NCBI GenBank assembly: GCA_963727625.1 | Contig: CAVSHR010000004.1 | Span: 1,440,001-1,504,000 of the forward strand | Reading direction: 5' to 3' | Origin: an uncultured delta proteobacterium | GTDB taxonomy: Bacteria > Desulfobacterota > Binatia > UBA9968 | DNA length: 64,000 bases | Shown here: one piece after another, positions 31,546-41,489 of the stretch | Numbering within the stretch: the first letter of the stretch is position 1 | Layout: each line of letters starts with the position of its first letter | Position numbers and translations under genes: made by a program | Notes under the pieces: generated by a model | Database searches by the model: none | The model's input: only the letters and a program-made list of their open reading frames with translations | What the model was told of the DNA's origin: nothing

Positions 31546-32559
31546 ATGCCTGAACTCACGCTAAGCTTTGTTTCCAATTACAATGAGCGGGTCGAGCCGC
31601 TGATGAACGGGACGGTCAAGGCTGACAGCGTCGAGATCATCCCGACCTACTCCCATCCCTCCGAGACCTTCTGGCGCCAGCTCAAGTTCCAGGAATTCGA
31701 AGTCGCGGAAATGTCGATGTCGTCGTTTTTGATCGCGCGCGCACACGGCATCGACATGATCGCGCTACCGGTGTTTCCGAGCCGCCGTTTTTTCCACGCC
31801 GAGCAATCCTATCACGTCGATTCCGGGATCAAGGGACCGGGGGACCTAAACGGCAAACGCATCGGGGTCGGCGAGTATCAGCAGACCGCCGCATTATGGG
31901 CGCGCGGCGTCTTGGAGCATGACTTCGGCGTGTCTCAATATAAAGTCCATTGGTACATGGAGCGCACAGACGAATTGAGCCACGGCGGCGCCACCGGTTT
32001 TTCACCGCCGCCGGGGATTTCGTTTCAACGCATTCCGCCGGACAAAAGCATGGCGACCATGCTGGTGAACAATGAAATCGACGTGGCGCCCATCGCCGGG
32101 CACCTGTCGCGCGTCGTCAATGTCATTGACCGATCGACCCATCTTCGCGGCGCAGAAGGCGACTGGTCGAAGGTCAAGCCGCTGTTTCCCGATGAGATCG
32201 CCGAAGCCAAACGCTTCGTAGCCGAACATGGTTTCGTGCCGGTCAATCACACCTACATCATCCGCGGCGACGTGTATCGGGAGAACCCCGGGATTGCGGT
32301 AAAATTATACGAGGCTTTCGCCGAAGCGAAAGCGCAGGCGGCAGCAACCCTGCTCGAGCGTGCGCCCGCGGCCCTCGTTTTCGGCGCCGAATATCTCGCG
32401 ATGACAAAAACGATACTCGGCGAGGACCCGTTTCCGTACGGCATTAAAGCCAACCGGACAATGCTCGAAACCATTATCAATTTTTCCCACGAGCAGGGGC
32501 TTACATCGCGCAAAATGAGAGTCGATGAGCTATTCGCCGAGGAAACGCTGAACACGTGA
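31546..32559 (+). CDS. 4,5-dihydroxyphthalate decarboxylase-like protein, paralog 2
   Basis: Same motifs as paralog 1; ATG at 31546. Confidence 0.8.
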   Translation: MPELTLSFVSNYNERVEPLMNGTVKADSVEIIPTYSHPSETFWRQLKFQEFEVAEMSMSSFLIARAHGIDMIALPVFPSRRFFHAEQSYHVDSGIKGPGDLNGKRIGVGEYQQTAALWARGVLEHDFGVSQYKVHWYMERTDELSHGGATGFSPPPGISFQRIPPDKSMATMLVNNEIDVAPIAGHLSRVVNVIDRSTHLRGAEGDWSKVKPLFPDEIAEAKRFVAEHGFVPVNHTYIIRGDVYRENPGIAVKLYEAFAEAKAQAAATLLERAPAALVFGAEYLAMTKTILGEDPFPYGIKANRTMLETIINFSHEQGLTSRKMRVDELFAEETLNT

Positions 32560-32628
32560 ACCGGGAGCGCGGCGTGCCGTGCCCCCGGGCCGAAGAACGA
32601 CAAAGCAAGACCGGAGGAGCAAGACCAG

Positions 32629-33642
32629 ATGTCCAAAATCAGATTGAGCTTCATTTCCGCTTTCAACGAACGGGTCGACCCATTGATGAAGGGACAAGTC
32701 CAGGCCGAAGGCATTGAAATCGTGCCGACCTACTCCCATCCCTCCGAGACCTTCTGGCGCCAGCTCAAGTTCCAGGAATTCGAAGTCGGCGAGATGTCGA
32801 TGTCCTCCTACCTGATCGCCCGCGAACGGGGTTTCGACATGATCGCCTTACCCGTTTTTCCGAGCCGGCGGCTTTTTCACACCGAGCTTTCTTACCACAC
32901 CGACTCGGGAATCACGAAGCCGGAAGATCTCGCCGGCAAACGCATCGGCATCGGCGAATACCAGCAGACCGCGGCACTTTGGCAGCGAGGCATTCTTGAG
33001 CATGATTTCGACGTTTCCCAGTATAAAGTCCATTGGTACATGGAGCGCACGGAGGAACTGAGCCATGGCGGAGCTACCGGTTTTATGCCGCCGCCGGGCA
33101 TTTCGTTTCAAAGAATCCCGCCGGACAAGAGCATGGCTTCCATGCTGGTCAATCATGAATTGGACGTTGCCGGTATCAACAGTCCGTGGAAGAACATGCC
33201 TAACGTCATCGGCCGTTCGTTTCGCATTCCAGGCTTGGAGGGCGACTGGAGCAAGGTAAAACTGCTTTTTTCCGACCGCATGGCCGAAGGCAAACGCTTT
33301 TTCCAGAAGTGGGGCTTTTTGCCGGTCAACCACGCGTACACGATCCGCGGCGACATCTATAAAAAATATCCCTGGGTCGCCTTCAACCTTTACGCGGCTT
33401 TCGTCAAAGCCAAGGCGGCGTTTAACGCAAAACTCCTTGACAGTATCCCGTCCGGACTGTTTTTTGGCAAAGAATACCTGGCGATGACTCAGGAGATCTT
33501 CGGCGCCGACCCCTATCCCTACGGCGTCAAAGCCAACAGAAAGATGCTCGAAACCCTCATGGACTTTTCCCATGAACAAGGGCTTACAAGTAAGAAAGCA
33601 CAAATTGAAGAATTGTTTGCTAAAAGCACGTTAGATCTATAA
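32629..33642 (+). CDS. 4,5-dihydroxyphthalate decarboxylase-like protein, paralog 3
   Basis: Same motifs as paralog 1; GGAGG RBS. Confidence 0.8.
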   Translation: MSKIRLSFISAFNERVDPLMKGQVQAEGIEIVPTYSHPSETFWRQLKFQEFEVGEMSMSSYLIARERGFDMIALPVFPSRRLFHTELSYHTDSGITKPEDLAGKRIGIGEYQQTAALWQRGILEHDFDVSQYKVHWYMERTEELSHGGATGFMPPPGISFQRIPPDKSMASMLVNHELDVAGINSPWKNMPNVIGRSFRIPGLEGDWSKVKLLFSDRMAEGKRFFQKWGFLPVNHAYTIRGDIYKKYPWVAFNLYAAFVKAKAAFNAKLLDSIPSGLFFGKEYLAMTQEIFGADPYPYGVKANRKMLETLMDFSHEQGLTSKKAQIEELFAKSTLDL

Positions 33643-33673
33643 AAAGAAAAGAAAAACCTCAGGAGGAAGCAAA

Positions 33674-34654
33674 TTGGCAAAAAATCGAATGAAGACCATC
33701 GCCCTTCTTATCTTGAGTCTTCTGTTAGGTTGCGTCGCGCGCGGAGATGCCGCCGCCGCTAGGACGATCACCTTTGCCTACAACACACCGACTCTAAGCG
33801 GCACCTTGCCAATCGTGGTGGCGCAGGACTTCGGCTTCTTCGCCAAGGAGGGATTGGAAGTAAGAACGGTTTTTATTCGAGGCGGTCCGACCGCCATGGC
33901 GGCACTCCTCGGCGGCGGCGTGGACTACACCTTCGTCGCCGGAGTCGCCTCGGTCCGCGCGATCGCCAAAAACGCGCCGATGCAAATCATCAGCGGTATC
34001 CAACCGTATATGGACTATACGCTGATTGCCGCTAAGGGCATCAACGGCGTCAATGATCTCAAAGGTAAAATCGTCGGCGTCACCGGGCCCGGGGGCGTGT
34101 CGGAGTTTGCCGCGGTTGAAGGTCTGGCCAAAAAAGGCTTGGTGCGTGACCGGGATTATAAAATCCTCTACGGCGTGGGCAATAGCCCAGCCCGTGCCCA
34201 AGCCCTCGAGAGCGGAAAGATTCAGGCTTCACCATTTTCTTTTTTGGAGAAACTAAAGCTCGAGAAAAAAGGCTTCATGCCGCTCTTCGATATCGGCGAA
34301 GTGATCCCGGGCTTTCCCTTCGTCGTGATCGTTTCGACGAATCAAACGATTGAAAGGGAACCGCAAGAAATTGTCGCACTGTTGCGTGCGATCAACCGGG
34401 GTCTGGACTTTCTTAAGAAGAACCGGGGTCAAGTCGCCGACGCGGTCATTAGGAAAAACAAATTCGGCGACCCAGCTACGGTGCGCCAAGTGATCAACCG
34501 ATTTGCCGACAAGTACTCGATCGCCATCGACAGGCAGGATATCGAGGCGCTCATCGCCGCCACGCACATCGAGGCGGAGGCGAAAAAGCTCGGCGGCCCG
34601 GAGAAATTCTTTACCCGGCAATTCTTAATCAAGGCTAGCGAACAAAACAAGTAA
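33674..34654 (+). CDS. ABC transporter substrate-binding protein (NMT1/TauA-like)
   Basis: Signal peptide, GFFAKEGLEV and DLKGKIVGVT. Confidence 0.85.
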   Translation: MAKNRMKTIALLILSLLLGCVARGDAAAARTITFAYNTPTLSGTLPIVVAQDFGFFAKEGLEVRTVFIRGGPTAMAALLGGGVDYTFVAGVASVRAIAKNAPMQIISGIQPYMDYTLIAAKGINGVNDLKGKIVGVTGPGGVSEFAAVEGLAKKGLVRDRDYKILYGVGNSPARAQALESGKIQASPFSFLEKLKLEKKGFMPLFDIGEVIPGFPFVVIVSTNQTIEREPQEIVALLRAINRGLDFLKKNRGQVADAVIRKNKFGDPATVRQVINRFADKYSIAIDRQDIEALIAATHIEAEAKKLGGPEKFFTRQFLIKASEQNK

Positions 34655-34737
34655 GGACAGTCACGGCTCTAGAGTTTTCGCTCCTTTCCCACGAGACGCT
34701 AGACTCTAGACGAGTTCCACGACCAGGATAATTGACT

Positions 34738-35685
34738 ATGGCACAAGATCTCGACCTGACCCTCATGCTCGCCGACTATCATCGCACCCGCCCTTTGCTT
34801 AACGGCGAGGTCACGGCCAAGGGAATCCATCTTCAGCCCCGCCGCGCCGAGACCGGGGAAGCTTGCATGCGGCCGGTCTACGAGGAATTCGACATCGCCG
34901 AGATGTCGCTCTCCTGGTACATGATGGCGCGCTGCCGAAACGAGCCGGTGATCGCCCTGCCGATCTTTCCCCTGCGCATGCAGATCCATCCGTATATTTT
35001 TTGTTCACCCGCTTCGGGCATCGAGAAGCCGGAGGACCTGAAGGGCAAAAAGATCGGCATGGACGAATACCGCTTGACGGTCGGCCTGTGGGCCAGAGGG
35101 ATTCTACAGGAGCATTACGGCCTACGCCCCGAAGAATGCGAATGGTTCACTTCCGATCCCGAACGCGCCGGCTACCAGCCGCCCGAGAACGTAAAAATCA
35201 CTGTGGTGGACGAGCCGACCGAGGCCCTGCTGTTGCGCGGCGAGATCGACGCCCTCATCCCGCCCAACATCGTGCCGTCGTTTCGCGCCAAGGATCCGCG
35301 CATTCGCCGCGTCTTCAAAGACATTCGCTCGACCGTGAACGAATATTATCAAAAGAGCAAAATCTTTCCGATTACCCACACTCTGGTCGTGCGCCAGTCG
35401 CTGTTCGACCAGCATCCTTGGTTGGCTTCCAGCCTGTTGAACGCCTTCACCGAGGCGGAAGAGCGCTGCCGAAAATCCTACGAATACGCCAAGCGCTCGG
35501 CGTTTCCTTCGGCGGTTTTGATCTTGGAAGAAGAGGAAGAGCGCTTTGGCACAAACCCCTGGGGCCACGGACTCACGCCGGAAAATCAAGTGGTGCTGGA
35601 AAAATTCGTCCAGTACGCGCACGAGCAAGGCTACATTCCCTATCGTGCGCCGCTCAGCGATTTGTTTGCTCCCGTAGGGAACTAA
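34738..35685 (+). CDS. 4,5-dihydroxyphthalate decarboxylase-like protein, divergent paralog 4
   Basis: DYHRTRPL, EMSLSWY, IFPITH and YAHEQG. Confidence 0.8.
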   Translation: MAQDLDLTLMLADYHRTRPLLNGEVTAKGIHLQPRRAETGEACMRPVYEEFDIAEMSLSWYMMARCRNEPVIALPIFPLRMQIHPYIFCSPASGIEKPEDLKGKKIGMDEYRLTVGLWARGILQEHYGLRPEECEWFTSDPERAGYQPPENVKITVVDEPTEALLLRGEIDALIPPNIVPSFRAKDPRIRRVFKDIRSTVNEYYQKSKIFPITHTLVVRQSLFDQHPWLASSLLNAFTEAEERCRKSYEYAKRSAFPSAVLILEEEEERFGTNPWGHGLTPENQVVLEKFVQYAHEQGYIPYRAPLSDLFAPVGN

Positions 35686-35709
35686 TGTTTCACGATCTAA
35701 AAACCGTCA

Positions 35710-36144
35710 TTAACCCACGAGCGGGTTCACTACATTAAGGTTGGGGAAGCGACCGAAGTCACGATCCGAGGTCCACAGCTCGCGCACGCCATGATCCCGG
35801 CAGATGGCTGCGACCCGTGCGTCGTGAACTTGCGGCCCACTGATCCGGCCTTGCTCCAGCGCTGAGCGAAGTTCCGGCCAATAACCTTCAGTTTCCGCGA
35901 GAACCACCAAGTTTGGCGACTCAAACCAGGCTTCCACCTGATCGATGGCTGCGGCAAGCGGTGTCGGCGGAGCATAAATCCGCGGATGAGTTACAATCGC
36001 CAGGAATTCGTGAATACATGGCCAAGGAATCGCCCACGGGGACCGACCCTCTGCGAGTCCAGCGATTTTCATGAGAGCGCCATCGTGCCAAGGGGAATCC
36101 GCCCGATGAGCGTAAACCAGGATATTGGTATCGACGGCAATCAT
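35710..36144 (-). CDS. VapC PIN-domain toxin
   Basis: VDTNIL, EFL, VHDA and DRDF. Confidence 0.9.
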   Translation of the reverse strand: MIAVDTNILVYAHRADSPWHDGALMKIAGLAEGRSPWAIPWPCIHEFLAIVTHPRIYAPPTPLAAAIDQVEAWFESPNLVVLAETEGYWPELRSALEQGRISGPQVHDARVAAICRDHGVRELWTSDRDFGRFPNLNVVNPLVG

Positions 36145-36386
36145 CCGCCCCTTCCCTGGTAAATGGTCTCGCGGATTCTCTCCCAGGTCGCATCTTCCAC
36201 GCCGGGCTGAATCCCCTTCCCTTTAAACGCGGCCTTCCGCAAACGAAACGCGCTTCGGCTCTTTCGTTCGGCAACGACTTTTCTCAGCCCCTGCTCAACG
36301 AACGCTCGGACCGTGGTTCCTTCCTTGGCTGCGAGCTTCTTAGCTTCATCCAGAAGAGAATCAGATATCTCTATGGTTGTCTTCAT
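36141..36386 (-). CDS. VapB-type antitoxin
   Basis: MKTTIEISDSLL..AK; 4-bp overlap with the toxin. Confidence 0.88.
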   Translation of the reverse strand: MKTTIEISDSLLDEAKKLAAKEGTTVRAFVEQGLRKVVAERKSRSAFRLRKAAFKGKGIQPGVEDATWERIRETIYQGRGG

Positions 36387-37190
36387 ATGGTTATATGTAT
36401 CATAACAACCATCTATATTTCAACGACCTTTGGCTCACTGGCGCTCTGCGTAGGCGAATGCAATGAATCGAAAACAAAGCCGTACGCCGCGTTACCCGGC
36501 GCTCGGCTCTAAGAATCATACAATGAATACTGTCTTGAGCGATTTAGGATTGCAGTGATCGGATGGGTTTTGACCACAATCCGGCACGGAACGATCGGTG
36601 CTGACAGAGAGGGTCAGGCGCATGCGGATCAAAACCCGATCGACTCAAGCCTTGGGTGAAGCGAAAGCGTTTCTCGGGAAAGTTTTTCTCTGATGATTTT
36701 ATGCAATCGAGACGACGCAAATTGATGAGCTAAAATATCCGCCATTCAGGACCCACAAAACGCCCTCCTTTCCCTCTGTGAATCGAGAACATTTACCTTA
36801 GGATGGAATCGTGCGACGCTTCAGTTTCATATGACGATGGTAAGGTAGCGGAGAATTCAAAGTAATTGCAAAAGTCGCCAAACCGGGTCTTTGCGCGTTC
36901 AGCGCGTGCGAAGATTCGGCAGCTCCGTGACCAGTTTCGAGTGGTCACCGCTCTCCTCTCCACTTGTTGATGGCTTAAACAACACGGTCCCAGGCTGTGT
37001 ACAACCTACTCGTTTCTTGCGCAGCCGCATAATTGAGAAAATCTAACTTGATGATCAGAGGCTCGCGGTGATGGCACCGAAAATCAGAATCATCACCAAG
37101 CCGGACCAGGCGAATAAACCGGCTCTCCGAGAGGTCGAAGCCGAATCCTGAGGCATGCCTTTGCCTTTTCCTTCATCTTTCTTTTTCCAT

Positions 37191-38117
37191 TTACCGCTTC
37201 AACATGCCCAACTTCTCCATCGCGTCACGCACCAGCTTCACTTCGCCCTCCGGCACCGGCACCTGTGGCGCACGCACGACAAAGTTGTCCATCAATCCGG
37301 CGAAATAAGCCGCGACCTTGTAGCGGCTGTGCTTGTAGACGTTGGGCGCCTTGTACACCGCGGCTTCGAGCTCCCAGTTGATCTGATGCAGCTTGCGCGC
37401 CTCGTCCAGGTCGCCGTCCATGACGGCTTTGAACAGATTGCAGCAAAACTCCGGGGCAAAGTTGGCAAAGCCGGTGAGCGCCCCGTCGGCGCCGGTGACG
37501 AAATGTTGGAACAGCGAGGAAGTCGCAAGCACCGAGACATGGCGCGGCAACTCGCGCATGCCGCGCAGCACCTGCTCGTAGCGGCGGATGTTGGCGCCGC
37601 TGGCCACTTTGATGGCGACCACCGAGTCCACGGCTCGGGCGATGCGCACCGCGGTGTCCGGCGAATAGCCGGAGGCTACCGCCGCCGGATAGTGAAAAAT
37701 CGTGATCGGGATCTCCACCGCCTTGGCGATATCGTGAAAATATTGAATGGCGAATTCGGGGTTGATCCGCGAGTCCCAGTCGTAGACATGGGGAGGCGTC
37801 AACATGATCGCGGCGGCGCCGGCCGCTTTGGCTTCCTGTGTTTGCTGGATCGCCTCGCGCGTCGATAGCGCTTCGATACCCGCGACCACCCGTTGGTCGC
37901 TACGGATCTCCTCGCGGATGATCTCGATGCAACGCACCCGCTCTTCACGGCTGAGAGTCGCGCCCTCCCCCGCCCCGGCGTTGCAAACGATCGCCGTGAC
38001 GCCTGCGGGCTTCGCCTGATAACGGATCAATCTGCGCAAGCCCGGCTCGTCGAGATCGTAGTTTTCCTTAAATGGGGTAACGTTAGCGCTCAGAATTCCT
38101 TCGAGCTTAAAATCCAT
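37191..38117 (-). CDS. Dihydrodipicolinate synthase (DapA) family aldolase
   Basis: TPF, GEG.TLS.EER and IK (Schiff-base Lys); lacks the canonical GTTGE. Confidence 0.85.
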   Translation of the reverse strand: MDFKLEGILSANVTPFKENYDLDEPGLRRLIRYQAKPAGVTAIVCNAGAGEGATLSREERVRCIEIIREEIRSDQRVVAGIEALSTREAIQQTQEAKAAGAAAIMLTPPHVYDWDSRINPEFAIQYFHDIAKAVEIPITIFHYPAAVASGYSPDTAVRIARAVDSVVAIKVASGANIRRYEQVLRGMRELPRHVSVLATSSLFQHFVTGADGALTGFANFAPEFCCNLFKAVMDGDLDEARKLHQINWELEAAVYKAPNVYKHSRYKVAAYFAGLMDNFVVRAPQVPVPEGEVKLVRDAMEKLGMLKR

Positions 38118-38156
38118 ATCGACAATTCCTTATGACTTGAAATTATTTCCGGCGCA

Positions 38157-39167
38157 TCATTTGGCGCGGTCGACGTTCTTGAAAAAACCGATTTGTTCGA
38201 GCTCACGCACAAACTGATTATCGATCTGATCGTCGATCGATAGCGATCGCACGGCCGCTTCCTTCTTATCTAAAAACGCTTTGATCACCGCGATGCCCGC
38301 CCGGCTCGGATACGGAATGGCGGGCATATAGCGCGGATAGTTCTTCTGGGTTTCATCGATCACCACCGGGTCGTCGATCTTGAGCCGCGCTTTCATGACC
38401 TTCCTTACGGATTCGGGATCGCTTCTAAATAACGCCATCGCTTCCGCGATCGACTTGACGACATTTCGCACCACATCGGGGTTCTGCTTGATGAACGCGC
38501 GCCGGGTCACCACCCCTGCCACTTGATAATCCGGAACCAGATCCGCCACGTCGGCAAGCTCGCGATAGCCTTCCTGCTTCGCTCGCGCCAGCGTCGGCAA
38601 AGAGAGCGGTCCGCCATAGATCTTCCCCGACTCCATGCCGGCCAAAATCGGCGGCACCCCTCCCATTTGCAAAATCGGCACGTCGATCTCGGGTTCGAAT
38701 CCCCATTTTTCCAACGACAAGCGGAGCAACATATCCGTCGACGAGCCGTAACGAGTGATGCCCATCGGCTTGCCCTTGAGCTCGCGATAGTCCTTGATCT
38801 CAGGGCGCACGATGATCGAAAACGGCGGCTTGGTCACCATCCCTAGGATCATCACCGTGTCGTTGCCGTGGGCGTTGACGCGGAAGACCGGCTCGATACC
38901 TTGTATGCCGATCGGCGTGGTGCCGCCAAGCAGCGATTGCATCGCCTGCGATCCTGCGACGTAAACCAACTCGACGTCGAGACCGTTCTTCGCGAACAAT
39001 CCCTTATCGGCGGCGAGCCAGGTCACAACCGCGGCTCCCGAGATCGAACTATAGGCCACCCGCAGCTGAGTCTTTGCCGACGCAGTGCAGGCAAGCGAAG
39101 TCAACGACGCCACGGCGAATACGAACACCGCGAGAATTAACTTCCCGCGCCCCAAATAAGTTTTCAT
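38157..39167 (-). CDS. ABC transporter substrate-binding protein (NMT1/TauA-like)
   Basis: Signal peptide, GLFAKNGLDV and LKGKPMGITRYGSS. Confidence 0.85.
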   Translation of the reverse strand: MKTYLGRGKLILAVFVFAVASLTSLACTASAKTQLRVAYSSISGAAVVTWLAADKGLFAKNGLDVELVYVAGSQAMQSLLGGTTPIGIQGIEPVFRVNAHGNDTVMILGMVTKPPFSIIVRPEIKDYRELKGKPMGITRYGSSTDMLLRLSLEKWGFEPEIDVPILQMGGVPPILAGMESGKIYGGPLSLPTLARAKQEGYRELADVADLVPDYQVAGVVTRRAFIKQNPDVVRNVVKSIAEAMALFRSDPESVRKVMKARLKIDDPVVIDETQKNYPRYMPAIPYPSRAGIAVIKAFLDKKEAAVRSLSIDDQIDNQFVRELEQIGFFKNVDRAK

Positions 39168-39205
39168 CGGAGATCTCCTTCTGAAAGCTGATCACTGACC
39201 ACTTT

Positions 39206-39985
39206 TCACTTCTTATGAAACTCTTTTGTCCCCGCGTAGGCGCGCGGATTGACCAGTGCATGTTCTTCCTGCATCAGCCAGGCGATTTCGGCGGCCAGCG
39301 GCACGCTTGCCGCTTCCATCGATGAATGCGCCGCCATCTTGCAGTATCGCAGCGTGGTCTTGTCGAACTTGCCGATCTCCTCGCCCCACTTCCAGGCTTC
39401 ATCTTGCAAGCGCTCGTGCGGCACCACGCGGTTGACCAAACCCGCGTTCATGGATTTCTTGGCGTCCCAATTTTCTCCGGTAAGAATCAATTCGAAGGCC
39501 AGCTTCGTCGGGATCAAGGTCTTAAACATCGTCGCGATGATCGGATAGGGCAAAAAGCCGCGTTTGATTTCCGGCAATCCGAACTGCGCCCGGTCCGACG
39601 CGATCGCGAGATCGTGCGGCAGCAGGAGCGTGATGCCGCCGCCGAGACAGAAGCCGTTGACCGCCGCGATAGTCACTTTCGGGAAAGTTCGAATCACTTC
39701 GGCGAGGTGATAGGCGCGCGGCTCGTTGCGCCGATCCCTGCCGCGGTTCTGACCGCCCTCGGTGGGAAACTCGGAAAGATCCCGTCCGGCGCAGTAGGCC
39801 ACGTCCCCCGCACCCGTGGTGAGAACCACAGCGATCGAATCGTCGTGGCGCAGCTCTTCGAACAGCCTCAAAATCTCGCGGATGGCGTCCCGGCTCAAAG
39901 CGTTTCGCTTATCCGGCCGGTTAATGGTAATCTTCGCCACCGCGCCGCGCGTTTCCAATAAAGTAAACTTGCCTTCCTTGATCAT
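39206..39985 (-). CDS. Enoyl-CoA hydratase/isomerase family protein
   Basis: NRPDKRNA, CAGRDL, AAVNGFCLGGG and FGLPEIKRG. Confidence 0.92.
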   Translation of the reverse strand: MIKEGKFTLLETRGAVAKITINRPDKRNALSRDAIREILRLFEELRHDDSIAVVLTTGAGDVAYCAGRDLSEFPTEGGQNRGRDRRNEPRAYHLAEVIRTFPKVTIAAVNGFCLGGGITLLLPHDLAIASDRAQFGLPEIKRGFLPYPIIATMFKTLIPTKLAFELILTGENWDAKKSMNAGLVNRVVPHERLQDEAWKWGEEIGKFDKTTLRYCKMAAHSSMEAASVPLAAEIAWLMQEEHALVNPRAYAGTKEFHKK

Positions 39986-40103
39986 GAATTATTCCTTTCC
40001 ATGGCGTTGCTCTCTACGCGAATAACACCGGCCCAACAGCAGGTCAAACGGCATTCCTGTCCTATTCTGCGAATCTTGGATCCGGGATTTCGAAGCCGCT
40101 TTT

Positions 40104-40130
40104 TGTCGTTCCGAGCCGAGCGAGGAATCT
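40104..40130. repeat. REP-like palindrome, same family as 19611
   Basis: tgtcgttccgagccgagcgaggaatct. Confidence 0.6.
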
Positions 40131-40166
40131 TTTCAGGCTTTTATCGTCGGTTCAAAACTGACATCA

Positions 40167-41066
40167 GTGGCAAGTGAAGCTTGCAAGACTTTTCCTGGTC
40201 GGATATCTCCAAACATCATGGAATCGACCCTCTGCCAAGTGAGTCAATCCGCCTACGCGATCGTCGGACCGGAAGGCGCGACAAATTTTTCTATTATCAA
40301 GGGGTCCGATAATTCCGCGGTTCTCATCGACGCGGATATCCGGCGCATCGACGAAGTCGAGAAAGCGCTTCGATTGACCGGCTGCTCCCAGGTCAAGCAC
40401 CTGATCGACACCCACGAGCACTTCGATCACACTTCGGCAAATTTCTATTTCCGCCGCCGCGGCGTGCCGATCGTCGCCAGCTCCGGCTGCGCCGGGGCCA
40501 TGCGCGACGAGGGGGGAGCCGATTTCGAGCGCATGATGAAGCCCGTGGCCGAGCTCTACGATCGCTTTCCCGGTCTTTGCTTGACCCTGCCGGACACCGT
40601 CTTTAACGATGAAACCCAAGTGACACTGCCCGGTGTCACGCTGCATTTGAAATACCGCGCGGAGAACGGCCACAGCCACAGCAAAGGCGACACCACGATC
40701 TACTTCGAGGAAGATGAAGTTTTCATCGCCGGCGATCTGCTCTACACCGAAGTGCATCCGGTGACCTTTTTCGGCAACATTCCCAATTGGCTCACGGCGC
40801 TCAAGCCGCTCTTTCAAAACCGCTACAAACAATTGGTACCGGGCCACGGTCCGACGGTGGAAGGCGACCAAGCGGGACGGAGTTACTTTAAACGCATGTA
40901 CGACTACCTCGAGGACTTTCACGACAACTTGCAAGAGATCAAATCCGGCCGCAAAAGCCGCGACGAGGTTACCAAGCATATGCTCGGCGGCGGTTACGCC
41001 GCACTCGGCAAGACCCGCATGGTGGAGCGAAATATCAACCAGTTTCTGACCGGAGCGTGGTATTGA
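40167..41066 (+). CDS. MBL-fold metallo-hydrolase
   Basis: THEHFDH, HSKGD, AGDL and VPGHG; start may be the ATG at about 40218. Confidence 0.9.
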   Translation: MASEACKTFPGRISPNIMESTLCQVSQSAYAIVGPEGATNFSIIKGSDNSAVLIDADIRRIDEVEKALRLTGCSQVKHLIDTHEHFDHTSANFYFRRRGVPIVASSGCAGAMRDEGGADFERMMKPVAELYDRFPGLCLTLPDTVFNDETQVTLPGVTLHLKYRAENGHSHSKGDTTIYFEEDEVFIAGDLLYTEVHPVTFFGNIPNWLTALKPLFQNRYKQLVPGHGPTVEGDQAGRSYFKRMYDYLEDFHDNLQEIKSGRKSRDEVTKHMLGGGYAALGKTRMVERNINQFLTGAWY

Positions 41067-41489
41067 ATGGGGCCAGCTTTGCCTCAAAATCGACATTGTT
41101 CTGTCGAACATCCAATTTCATCGGCGTGAGCGGCAAAGGTTTCAACTGTCGCAAATACGAAGGGCAAGAAAGTTGCGGATACGGAGATTTTCACAAATTT
41201 AATGCGCTTCAAACTACTATGTTTGAGAGTTTTCGCGGCTTGCACAAATTTCCCGACACATGAAACAGCTCGGATTCGGATCTTCCCCCCCAAGGCGCCA
41301 AGGACGCCAAGTTCGGAAAAATAGTTTCCGCTTTCTTTGCGGGAGATACTCCGAGATTTGGCTGCAGCTCTGCCGCTCGGGGTGATTCGTGGTGAGTTAT
41401 TCTTATTCACGAGTACCGCCGCACTATTGACACGAGCCTGCTGAGATCAATATGGTAGCGCCTAAACAAATCGGCAGCGGAGGTCACTC

